Assembly: GCF_001194135.2 (NCBI RefSeq)
Contig: NC_068995.1
Span: 21,817,445-21,872,806, forward strand
Length of the DNA stretch: 55,362 nt
Direction: 5' to 3'
Origin: Octopus bimaculoides
Lineage: Eukaryota
The translations under genes and the position numbers were made by a program. Positions 38,260-50,294 of the stretch are shown in pieces (the first letter of the stretch is position 1; each line of letters begins with the position of its first letter). The notes under the pieces are model-generated. The model ran no database searches and was not told where the DNA came from. It saw nothing but the letters and a program-made list of their open reading frames with translations.

Positions 38260-39728
38260 GTGAGTATGTTAACTTATCAGAGAGTCTACGTCTTGGTAAT
38301 GTCTCGTAACAAGTGATACTCCTGTTGAAGAACCGTCCCGCGACTGAAAGTTCAGAGATTATTTTATTGATGACTGAGGCTAAATTTCTCATTGTAGCGG
38401 GAGGTCGTTAAAGTTTCTGTGGCTAAACACATTTTCTTCGTTGGAATTTCTCTATGTGTAGTATGTACTCGATTTCATATTTAATTATACGCCCAGGATG
38501 TCGATCTTTGGGATGTAGGTTGTAACTGTTGTAGACAGGCCGAATTCTTTGAAGATCTGTATAAGAATCGTTCATATCATACATATGTGTGTGTTTGCGC
38601 AGCGCACGTGTCTGCGTATTAATATCCGCTAGTGTGCGTGTGCATATGCGCATGTATGTATGTAGGTATGTATTTATTCAAAATTATGCGATCACTCTTA
38701 TCATTTGCGAGTGTTGTGATTGTGTATTGAATGTATATGTACAGAATGAATAGAAGATTCACATCATTCTAGCTAAAATATTCGATATTTATCAACGCAC
38801 GCGGGATCTAAAAGTTTGTCTCTCAAACTGATAGAAATAATAATGATAAAGTTTTGGAAGATAGGAAGCATTCATTCATTGTGTAACTTATATACCTCTG
38901 CCTACAGCTGAAATAAGGTTTAATCTACGTCTCCTCAATCAGTGATGTATGTGGTAGTTGCAGCATCACTCACAGTCTCCCCTTAGACTCAGCCAGTGTA
39001 CAAATACATCAACACTGATTTACTGGGAATGGGATCTCTTCTTAATTTACTCAATGGAACGCTTCCACGTCCCTTAACAAGCGATTTACGTTATATCAAA
39101 TTTCAGATATAAACGGTTCTAGTACACATATTTGGTAGATTACACTTCTGTTTCTCTGACGTGTGTGGTGTGATACCTATCTGATACCTATTCTCAATCT
39201 AATGTGTTCAGTATACCGCTTTATAAACACTCGAAATCGATATGATGGAGGAGATATTGTCACTCTGTAAGAAAATTGATCCTGTCCGAATAAAGTAAGC
39301 TCAAATTGATCTTATAAAATGTATCATTAAAATATATGTGCTGGTTTAATTGTTTCTTATTGATTATTTTTAATATCATAAGCAAAATTATAAAATGTGT
39401 GATCGCATGTCAAAATGATTTCTTTAATTAACCAGAAAGCAAAATTCTGTAAATTGAGTATGTCACAGCAGTTTATTTTATTGTATCCAGAAAGATGAAC
39501 AGCAATGTGCAAATCAAAGAAAACTGAATGCAATACCTATTGTGGCTTTAGGATTCACTCAACACAGTTTCAGTGCACATGTAAATAAATTAAGCTCTGT
39601 ACTTGCCTAATACTTACCTACCTGAGGAAAATACAAGCTAATGTCGTCGTCGTTGGAATACAGGATATTGAGACTTCGAAATGTTGTCTTTCTCTATTCA
39701 TTCTATCTATCCTCCTGAGGTAAATATT

Positions 39729-39897
39729 GATTTCAAATTTTGACACAAGGCCAGCAATTTCGGGGAGGGGATTGTCGATGGCATCGAACCAAATGCTCAG
39801 CTGGTACTTGCTTTATCAATCCTGAAATTGGGACAGGTAAAATGGACCTCAGTGGAATTTGAACTCAAAATGTCAAGACGGACGAAATGATGCTAAA
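39729..39897 (-). mobile_element. SINE family 1, 5'-truncated
   Basis: tttcaaattttgacacaaggccagcaatttcgggg...gacctcagtggaatttgaactc matches the reverse copies at 1177 and 24301. Confidence 0.8.
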
Positions 39898-39944
39898 CTC
39901 TTTACTCGGTTTTTATTTCTTTGCGAAACTTATGATTATTTCTA

Positions 39945-41914
39945 TAGTAGAACATCGCAGTACGAATCCATAATAGTACTAGTAATTTGCTGCACGAGCC
40001 GAAGCTAGAGTGTACTTTTGTCTTGAACAACGAGTGGAAATCCGCAGTACGAGTGAGTTTCATAAAAGCGACCGTTAGTTGGCGCTGAGCTCGCACACGC
40101 TCTCACAACAAGTGCAGCGTCCGCTCGCTCAGTTCACGTATTTATCTCGTTGCGGTAGCATCCTTATTGTACTTTTCCCTGTGTTCATTTTTTTTCATTT
40201 TAGTTTTGTGCGCTTTTGTTATTATTTTATGATAATTAGTTGTGTTAGCCATGGGTCAGCAAAGAGGAGTACCGAGAAAACAAAGCTGACTGCGATAGAA
40301 CTGAAGGAGGAAATCATTCATAAGTATGAGAGAAGAGTGTGTGTAGTTGACATAGTATGTCACTGCGGCTGAAGCATCGACGATTTGCACCATTCTGAAG
40401 ACAAAGCACAGGGTGAAGGCCGTTACAATAGCCAAAGCTTGTCTCCATGTTCTCCAAGCAACGCAAATCAGTCCACGAAGAGATGGGAAAATTGCCTCTC
40501 CTGTGGATCAACGAGAATCAACTCGCAGGGGATACGATGACGGCGACGATTATCTGCAGAAAAGCACGAGTACTGTATGGGGATCTCCTGAAGCAGAACC
40601 CTGGAAACTCGACGGAGGATACATCATCAGATGCATGTAAGGCCAATCACTGCTGGTTTGATAATTTAAAGAAGAGGAGTGGTGTTAATAGTGTCATCAG
40701 ATATGGAGAAAATTACCTTCTAAAGGAGTATCTTCATCTTAAGGCTCTCCTCACCCACAACAATGCTCCTGTTCACCTTTCTAAACTCGAAGATGATATC
40801 CTGGACGAATTTAAATTCATAAACGTTCTGTAGCTTTCACTCAACACCACCCTATTTTGCAGGTCATGTACCAACGGGTGATTTCTAATTTTAAGAAATT
40901 GTACACCAAACATCTGTTTCATCAGTGCTTTGAAGAGACGGAAAATACAAAGCTAACTCTTTGTGTGTTAGACGGAGAACTACAACATTGTCTACTACCT
41001 GTAAATCATCGATATGGCCTGGCAGGGTGTAACGAGGAAATCACTGAATTCTGCATGGAAGAAACTATGGCCTGACTGCGTTTCCAAAAGAGACGTCGAG
41101 GGTTTTGAGTATGAGACAGGTGTATTCGAGGAGATACTGTCTCTGGCAAGTCCATAGACCTCGAGGTTGATGATGGGGACATTAACGGTCTCGTCGAGGA
41201 TCATTCAGGTGAGCTGACAACAGATAAACTCCAGCAGCTTCAGGAGCATTCGGATGCTGGGGAAGAGATTGATTACCAGGAGGAGTTCTGTGTAGTGGAG
41301 AAGGTTATCTCTACTAGTGACATAGAGACAGTGTTGGCAAAGTTGCAATATGTTTCTGACTTTGTAAGAAAACAATAATTCTGAAAAAGTATCTACATGT
41401 CGTGCTGCTGCTTGATTTAATGACACTGCTCTGGCGCAATTTCATAAGATTTGGAAAGGCAGGAAAAAGCAGACTTTTCTTGATGTCTTGAATGAAACGA
41501 CCTACAAGTGTGATAACTGAAGAAAGTGTCCAAAAAGCCTAAATTAAGCGGAGTGAGGGGGAAACGTCAGGAATCGTTCTTCCTGAAGTCTTATTGAAAG
41601 GAAATTCTCCTTCCAAACAATAATCATCCTCCTCAACGGTCCATCGATTTCCCGCACTAATTCAATTACTAAAACCGGTATACATATTTCTTTTGCATTC
41701 TCTTTTTTTATGTTTTTATAATTGTCATTTTCCTTGTAACCTTTTCCGTTATAAACCCCATAAAAGATTATTTGGGGGTTGTTTTGTGGGCCTGGAACGG
41801 ATTAATTATATTTTAATTAATTTAAAAATGTGAAAAATTGATTTGTAAAACGAGTAAATTGTAAAACGCGATCGGTCATGGAACGAATCAAACTCGTACT
41901 GCGACGTATCACTG
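39945..41914 (+). mobile_element. Tigger/pogo-type DNA transposon, internally deleted, TIRs and TA flanks retained
   Basis: TA-tagtagaacatcgcagtacga ... tcgtactgcgacgtatcactg-TA. CENP-B-like HTH motifs (IELKEEIIHKYE; LLWINENQLAGDTMTATIICRKA; WFDNLKKRSG) and a DDE remnant (LLTHNNAPVH). Confidence 0.85.
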
Positions 41915-43746
41915 TATTTTATATCACTGACAAGTCACGTTCGTCTACATATTGTGTGCATCTTAAACGTGTATTATCGTTAAGTCAACATTCTTGAAAT
42001 GCTTGGAAAGAAAATTTCAGCGCTAAATGAAAGCTTCGCTTGTTTTATATTAATTGCAACACTAAAATTTAGGAATATAAGTAGTCTAAAACTAACGAAA
42101 CTGCCTTTGACTAAAAATCTTATTTTATACCCTCCAACTGAAGCGAAATTCTTTTGCTAGTTATTAAGTCTAGTTCTTTATAACTTTGTCTAATAGCATA
42201 TATGTAATAATGCATAAAAGTATTGAAATCCCAAAAGTAAGTTCCGATTGCTCCAAGTAATGCAATAATTTCAAATATATCACCATTACCTTGTAAATAG
42301 CATTAATTTATTTGGTGGGGATGGGGACAGCCTGCATAAATATACAACTAAAAGCTTTTTTTGATGAACTTCTTTTAAATGGTATTTTATCTTTGAAAAT
42401 ATCAACTTCTAACGACATTTTAAGGTGTTAACTTTGTATTTCGACCAGCACAATATTTAACCAGATAATATTGCTTTCGGCTATCGTGCGACGTCCGCTA
42501 GATCATTTGATGTTTCCCAATGATACTTCAAATGGTGGCGTTTTCTTTCTTTTTTTTTATCAGTGAAATCTAATTCACCGCTGGCTAACTTTCATGTAGC
42601 TAAATGCGCAAGGTAATTCTGCTAACTAAGCCAGCAAATTATAAGAAAACATATAATTTTATCCTGTTTATTTACCTCGTACATGATTTTTAATAATTTA
42701 CAGCATGTAGCTAATATCACGCAGACTTTCGGCATGTATTCCATTTGGAACTATAAATTGAAAGTTGTCATCAGTAAATCGTATTAGTATCACTTTTTAG
42801 TTTTGATATCGTTTATGGTTTCTTCCAATATCAAAGATAACTCCATCTGCTGTTTATACCAGCACGCCAGTTTTATGTGCCTTTTTCTTAAATTTTTTAG
42901 CCTTTTAACGAAATCTATATATTTCAGGATTACATCTATGGTGGCAAATAGCGCTGTTAAAAAGTTATCCAATAAAAAAATGAACGGTAATTTGTTTTGA
43001 ATAAAATACAGCTATGCTAGTAATTTGTGGTTGTACACGAATATGATTTTCGTTGAAGACTAGTCTTATAAAACATTCCGATCCAATGAATATACATTTT
43101 ATTATCTGTTAAGAAGATTTGCTTTTCAGTCAGTCTATAAAATAATAAAGAAATAATTATTTTGTCTGTTTGCGATAAACTTTTTGTTTGGTCTACGTAA
43201 ATCTGTTAGCTGCTACTTTAATACAGATGACAGTGGGAAAAAAGTTACTGATTACATTCAAACGCTATATAGACATAATTTTCAACTCTCGCCATAAGTT
43301 ACTCTAATGTCACTAAACCCAATAAAACAAGAACTACTTCTTGGGTTCGAAGATGAGTATTCGACGGTTCGAACAACTGATCTACGAACGTGATGCTATG
43401 ACAAGACTGGCTCCTTAAACTCTATTGTAGAAGATTCGGCGCCAGTTACGCTTGTTCAATTTCAGCAACGAATTGTTCAACTCTAAAGACTTAGTCAATC
43501 AGATTTTGGGCATGTGTTGTCGAAAAATGAGAATTGCACAATCATACAGGTTTCTGCATTCCAGATACTACTCTACGCATGCTATAGGTTTCCGATTTGT
43601 CAATAAAAACTTTTTTATCTGAAATATATGTCTAATAACCATCACGGAAATAGTTCTGCGTTATACATCCCCTTCCCATATATATATCCATATATATATA
43701 CGTATATACATGCATTAAAACGTATATTTATTCATGTATATGTCCA

Positions 43747-43930
43747 TACGGGTGAGTGATGAAAGGGTACTGGTTTTAAGGGTACCGAGAAAGGTCACGT
43801 TGGGGGCCCAAATCTCGAGTCCTTTTAAAAGACTTAGAAAAACTGCAGGACCGCTGCGATACGTGTGTGAATCTGAGAGAGGAATTCGTTGAATAAAATC
43901 ATATTTAACTGATTATCCTGTATATTCTCT
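43747..43930 (+). mobile_element. Probable deleted mariner derivative
   Basis: tacgggtgagtgatgaaagg start. Short segment QDRCDTCVNLREEFVE* resembles the mariner C-terminus KCVxLxGxYVE*. Confidence 0.45.
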
Positions 43931-44719
43931 TGCCTTCTTGCATATTTTTACTGTTCCACTCACAGATTGCACTTCTAATGAACGAATCAACCGGTTGATT
44001 TGTGTTTCTGAAAATCCCAGTTTATCCAAATTTTCCTTTAAGAATTTACTAACAAAACCTAGTGCACCAATTATTATTAGTATGATTATGAATTCAAAGT
44101 CTGGATATAGAAACTGGAAGATTCAACCACTTGTCCATAGATATCCTCTTTTTCTTTGATTTTCAAAGAGATATTTATATCTGCATAGCAGCTGACCTCT
44201 ATGATGGTACGTATGTTTGCCCCTCTGTCCCAATCAACAATACCCGGCCTCTTATGTTTACATTTGACAGAATTTTTCATGGCTTAGCTTAGACTTTTGG
44301 GGCATGCCAATTTTGAATGGTCTCAAGTGCAACAGGCCGAAACTGTAATGATAATTGGGAATTTGACTGATGAAAAGAAGGCACGAATGATCCATCTTGA
44401 TTTTTCTTGTCCGTCTAAGTATCATCTATCTGTTCTTATGTTTTCATTGTCGTCTGTTACGTTCTTAATCCATTTTTTGGATGTACATATACATATAGCA
44501 GCGTATGTACTCCTTTTGCTCACCTTGTAAGTAAATATATACACACACATATATATACATATACATACACACACACACACACATATATATATATGTATAT
44601 GCGTGTGTGTGTGAGCGTGTGTGTGTGTATATAAATGTACGTAGGTATATTTTCAGGTATATATGTGTCAATGAGTGTGTGTTTGTCTGTGTACATATGT
44701 ATCTTTTATATCTTATCAT

Positions 44720-45142
44720 TTAACTGTTTCAGTGATTAGACTACGGCTAGTGCGACGCACCGGCGCCAAGAATCCTAGCTGAACGATCCCAACATCAGTA
44801 CTTATTTATCTTAAGCTTAGTACTTATTTTATCGGTTTCTTGTGCCGAACCATTAAGTTACGAGAACATAAAGAAAGCAATAGCGGTTACCAAGCGGTAA
44901 TGGAGAACAAAGACAAACACAAAAGCGTGCGCGCGCACACACACACGCACATACACACACACAGATACACAGATACACGGACACACATGGATTTCTGTCA
45001 GTTTTGGTCTATCAAAGCCCTTCATGAGGTATTTGTCGTCCGATGGCTATAGTAGGTAGCACATGTCCAAGCGTATACGCAGTGGGACTGGGCCTGGATC
45101 CATGTGATCGGGAAACAAGCTTACCACACAGCCACGGCAGCG
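44720..45142 (-). mobile_element. SINE family 2 (variant 3' part), full length, with internal CA-rich tract
   Basis: Head on minus strand gccgtggctgtgtggtaagcttgtttccc; CA-rich linker about 44925-44985; 3' gtacttattttatcggtttcttgtgccgaacc. Confidence 0.75.
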
Positions 45143-45629
45143 CTAATGTGTGTGCATATGTGTGCGTATGTGTGTGTTCTTGTGCGTATCTGTCTCTGTG
45201 TTTACGCCTGCAAATATGCTGGTGTCTATTGAATCCGAACATGCATGATATATTTTACATTTGTCTGGTCATGTAAATTGATATATTCAATTCAGCTTGC
45301 TTTCCCTTCCTATTAATTCTTGCTGTTAAAGTGCAATGTCCGAAACACTTTTTTCTCCTTAGTTTTATTCACTTGTATTTATTTTCATTGTACATTCTGA
45401 GTCGTTCTTTTCAAATTTTGACTCTTTTCAAGCCATGTCTTTCATTCTTTGAATTCAGATGATATTATTTTCCTAAACTTTCGTTGTCTCATAATATTTT
45501 AGTTTTGTTTGCGGAACGTTTCTAACTTTCTATACATGTCTATACATAAATACTTTCTATGTATTTATACTTTCTACCTACGTAATTATGAGTCCATATA
45601 CTACATGCCTACCTATCTACATACTTACC

Positions 45630-45644
45630 TGCCTGCCAGCCTGC

Positions 45645-45735
<91 letters not shown>

Positions 45736-45770
45736 CCTATCTATCTATATATATATCTATCTATCTATCT
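45630..45770 (+). repeat. (TATC)n tetranucleotide microsatellite
   Basis: Directly visible. Confidence 0.98.
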
Positions 45771-45799
45771 AACATGATACACACTTTGAGCATTTCTCT

Positions 45800-46100
45800 G
45801 GAGGCGCGTGATATAGTGGTTAGTGGCTTTGCACTAATCTCGTCACATCGCGCTTTCGATTGTGCGCTTTGTATTCCTGGGCAAAACTCTTCATTTTACG
45901 TCACTCTTGTTCATTCAGCTCCAAATGAGTAACCCTACGAGGGATTCAATTTCCGATCAGGGGAATGTAGTTCTGCTCGCCTGGTCAGCGAGTTGGCATT
46001 ATTCGAAAGCTACAACGATGCGAAGCGTATTGGAACCAGCGATATATGTAGATGGCGACACCCGACAGTCTGGTCGAAATCGTGACACCGTGATGTATAT
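45800..46100 (+). mobile_element. SINE family 3 variant with distinct 3' tail
   Basis: ggcgcgtgatatagtggttag head; tgtattcctgggcaaaactcttcattttacgt...cattcagctccaaatgagtaac core; unrelated 3' part. Confidence 0.6.
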
Positions 46101-46580
46101 ATTAGAACGTTCTGCGGAAGAAGCGAAGCACATTAATATTTTTATTCCTTGTGTGGAAAATCATAATAATATTATAAAGTAAACAGTATGTACCTGTTTT
46201 CATGGTATACAGGAAGGGTTCATAGAAATTTCGATGCATATCTGTGGAGAAAATTCCTCTCTAATTTGCTATTAATAAAACTTGCCGTGTGGAATTCTAT
46301 AAAATACGGCAGTCTTTATCAAGTAATGGATCTGTGCCTAGTTCCTTTGGTGTGTTGGTGTACTCTGGATTGAAATGGTCTGCTATGCCTTGTAATATAA
46401 CGTATGTATTCTAAATTGTATTCTGACAGTACCTGTTGGTGGTTTCCACTTTCAGAAGTGTTGTCAATATTTATAACTTAGTAAATCATATTTTCTGTCA
46501 GTTATTACACGTTAGTGTTGTGACTGAAGAGCTAAGTTGCGTGAGTTCCTTAAGCATTAATTTATTTATTATATTAACAA

Positions 46581-46893
46581 AGGCGCGTGACTCAGTGCTT
46601 AGGCTATTCGTTTCACCATCGTAAAGGCATGGGCTCTATTTCCAGCATCACGCTGTGTCCTTGTGCAACACATTATATTTCCCGATGCTCCAGTCCACTC
46701 AGCGGGCAAAAATAAGATGTACCTGTATTTCAAACGTCCAGTCGTCTCACAGTGTGTGTATGAGGCTGAATCTCCCTGACAACTACTTTAAAGGGACATA
46801 TGTCTGTGAAGGGCTCAGCCGCTTGCACGCTAATTTCACATGTAGGCTGTTCCATTGGTCGGATCAACTGGAAACCTCGTCATCGTAACAGAC
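46581..46893 (+). mobile_element. SINE family 3 variant with another distinct 3' tail
   Basis: ggcgcgtgactcagtgcttagg head; gctgtgtccttgtgcaacaca...gctccagtccactcagcgggcaaaaat core. Confidence 0.7.
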
Positions 46894-46925
46894 GGAGTGT
46901 GAGTTTATTTATTAGGCTGCCTTAA

Positions 46926-47163
46926 GGCGACGAGCTGGCAGAATCGTTAGTGCGCCGGGCGAAATAAGACTAAGCATTTTGCCAAGTTCAAATTCCGCCG
47001 AGGTCGGCTTTGCCTTTCATCCTTTCGGTCTCGACTTTACCTTTCATCATTTCGTGATGGGGTGGGTGGGGGGTAAAATAAGTATCTGCGAAACAATGGA
47101 GGCGATGTAATCGCTTAATCAACTCACCAAAATATTTCAGGCATTTTAACTTCAGTAGAAAGG
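46926..47163 (+). mobile_element. SINE family 1 with internal 27-bp tandem duplication
   Basis: ggcgacgagctggcagaatcgttagtgcgccgggcgaaa...gttcaaattccgccgagg. Confidence 0.85.
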
Positions 47164-47896
47164 ATACTAGGCGGCTTTGAATTAGTGAGGGATAAAATAT
47201 GTGTGGCTTCTGAGTTTCTCTATTTTTATTTGCTAACTTGTTTTAAAGATTGGTCTGCTAAATGCTTCGATTAAATATTATTAAATGTTTTGTTGGCATG
47301 ATTCCTATCTGTAGAACGATTATTTTTCTGTTGATTGAAATATAAGGATTATAACAAAACATAATTCAGTCAAGTTAATTTATTTGTTAAGGGAGCAGTT
47401 ACCTAATAGTACACGTATATGTATTTGTTGTTATTTTACAGATATATCAATGAACTATATGGAGCTGTACCTTATTATCATGATTGAATGTAGAAATAGT
47501 GTGGTGAAGTCTCAGATTATAACACAGGCTTTTATAGAATCTTAAATTTATAGAATGAATTACTTTTAAAATCCCCAGTAATTCCATTTGATCCATCGTA
47601 TGTGGCCATCATAAAGATTAAGTCATCGAACCGACGTACGTTTTATAGAAATATTAATGGATTTAGGAACAACGCAAACTGTAATTTCTTCAACATCTTT
47701 TAAATATAAGCTGTTTCCTATAAACATACACGTGCGCGCGCACCCACAAACACGCGTGCGCACGCAGAAACACACTCACACATACACATAGACACGTACA
47801 CGCATACGAGGAATTATGCATACATACACGCGTGTATCGTGTGTGTGTCTGTGTGTCTGTGTATTCATTTTCGATATGGGTGTGTATATCTATCTA

Positions 47897-47950
<54 letters not shown>

Positions 47951-48472
47951 GGTATATACGTATACATACATACGTTGAAAGAGAGGGAAGGGGAATGAGG
48001 AGATGTAGAGAAGTGGTGGGCTCAATACCGACTCGCATATATTCACAGAGAAATTATTCAAGAAATAAATATCAGGTGCTCAGATCTTACAACTTGTCTA
48101 TTGAACTGACAGTATCAGCATTGAGATGAAAAAATATACAATGTAAAATTATTCACGTATCCATTATCTGGCACAATACATATTATGCAAAATCCATGTA
48201 TAGAGTGAAAATGACTAGATATTTGATGTTTCTAAAATTACCATAATGAAATGGAATATTCCGTTATTTTTTCAGATTCTTACGGATTATAGATAATATG
48301 AAGTGCACCAGCTAACGGAAGCATTCGGAACACTTGAATATTATGAATATTTTGATATTATATGATTTTCCTTGTCTCCGTAATGGCATTATTCATTCAG
48401 TAGAACAATTCTATGATCTTCGAAGCAGCTATATATATATGTATATATATACATATACAATCATACAGTAAT

Positions 48473-48560
48473 GGCTATGTGGCAAGCAGCTTGTTTCCCA
48501 ACTATATGGTTTCGGTTTCAGCCCTACTATGCACCGCATGATACCTTGGGCAATTGTCAC
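48473..48560 (+). mobile_element. SINE family 2, 5' head fragment before the gap
   Basis: tggctatgtggcaagcagcttgtttcccaactatatggtttcggtttcagccc...gataccttgggcaa. Confidence 0.65.
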
Positions 48561-48603
48561 GGTTCAACACATGTATGTACGTATATACGTCTTTATATTG
48601 TAT

Positions 48604-48635
<32 letters not shown>

Positions 48636-50232
48636 NNNNNNNNNNNNNNNNNNNNNNNNNNNNNNNNNNNNNNNNNNNNNNNNNNNNNNNNNNNNNNNNN
48701 NNNNNNNNNNNNNNNNNNNNNNNNNNNNNNNNNNNNNNNNNNNNNNNNNNNNNNNNNNNNNNNNNNNNNNNNNNNNNNNNNNNNNNNNNNNNNNNNNNNN
48801 NNNNNNNNNNNNNNNNNNNNNNNNNNNNNNNNNNNNNNNNNNNNNNNNNNNNNNNNNNNNNNNNNNNNNNNNNNNNNNNNNNNNNNNNNNNNNNNNNNNN
48901 NNNNNNNNNNNNNNNNNNNNNNNNNNNNNNNNNNNNNNNNNNNNNNNNNNNNNNNNNNNNNNNNNNNNNNNNNNNNNNNNNNNNNNNNNNNNNNNNNNNN
49001 NNNNNNNNNNNNNNNNNNNNNNNNNNNNNNNNNNNNNNNNNNNNNNNNNNNNNNNNNNNNNNNNNNNNNNNNNNNNNNNNNNNNNNNNNNNNNNNNNNNN
49101 NNNNNNNNNNNNNNNNNNNNNNNNNNNNNNNNNNNNNNNNNNNNNNNNNNNNNNNNNNNNNNNNNNNNNNNNNNNNNNNNNNNNNNNNNNNNNNNNNNNN
49201 NNNNNNNNNNNNNNNNNNNNNNNNNNNNNNNNNNNNNNNNNNNNNNNNNNNNNNNNNNNNNNNNNNNNNNNNNNNNNNNNNNNNNNNNNNNNNNNNNNNN
49301 NNNNNNNNNNNNNNNNNNNNNNNNNNNNNNNNNNNNNNNNNNNNNNNNNNNNNNNNNNNNNNNNNNNNNNNNNNNNNNNNNNNNNNNNNNNNNNNNNNNN
49401 NNNNNNNNNNNNNNNNNNNNNNNNNNNNNNNNNNNNNNNNNNNNNNNNNNNNNNNNNNNNNNNNNNNNNNNNNNNNNNNNNNNNNNNNNNNNNNNNNTAT
49501 ATATATATATATATTACACACACACACCAACACGCACACACACGTACAAACACACATATATTCGCTACCCGCCTCATCGCTCAACCTTTGAATGTGTTCA
49601 GATAAATCTCTTCCACCTTTTTACAAGTTTGACATGCACCACACAGGCATTCAGGATCCCTCCTCCCTGTCTTCCATCAGTGCATCAATCAGTTATTTAC
49701 TATTACAAGCGACAACCCTCTACTCTTAAACAGATGTACAATAATGGATTCTTACACAACCTTCTCTATGCAAGTATTACCCACTCACAACTATGTTACT
49801 ATACACTAAAAGTTCATTGACCCCATGAACAGTGACTTCAAATTCTTATTGCAATGCTGGTATTCCAATCCTGTGTCTTTCGGCTGCAAGAAAACACTAA
49901 TCTTAAGCGAAATAAGTCAATTTTATCTCATCTTTTAAATCATATACCACAGGATACAAAATCGCTCTTATCTTTGGGTCTAAATTTCTACCTCTCTATC
50001 TCTCTGAATACGACCTAGCAAATTCTAGCCACAACATAAAATGATTACATAATATATACTGGCCAAGGACACTTTAACCTCCTACAGACATAGCCTTCTT
50101 AGTATTATCCATCTACTATAATGGATAAAACTAAGTGTACATTTTCTTTGCGATGTAATCTTTGGACTAAAAATGTTGCGGCTGAAGAGAGCTTTAAATC
50201 ATCTTTTATATCAATAATATACATACACACAC

Positions 50233-50294
<62 letters not shown>

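Noticed and set aside
49560-49850. C-rich segments that may be old LINE fragments (also about 7100-7400 and 37730-38050)
   Set aside because: No diagnostic motif could be read, so no family was assigned.
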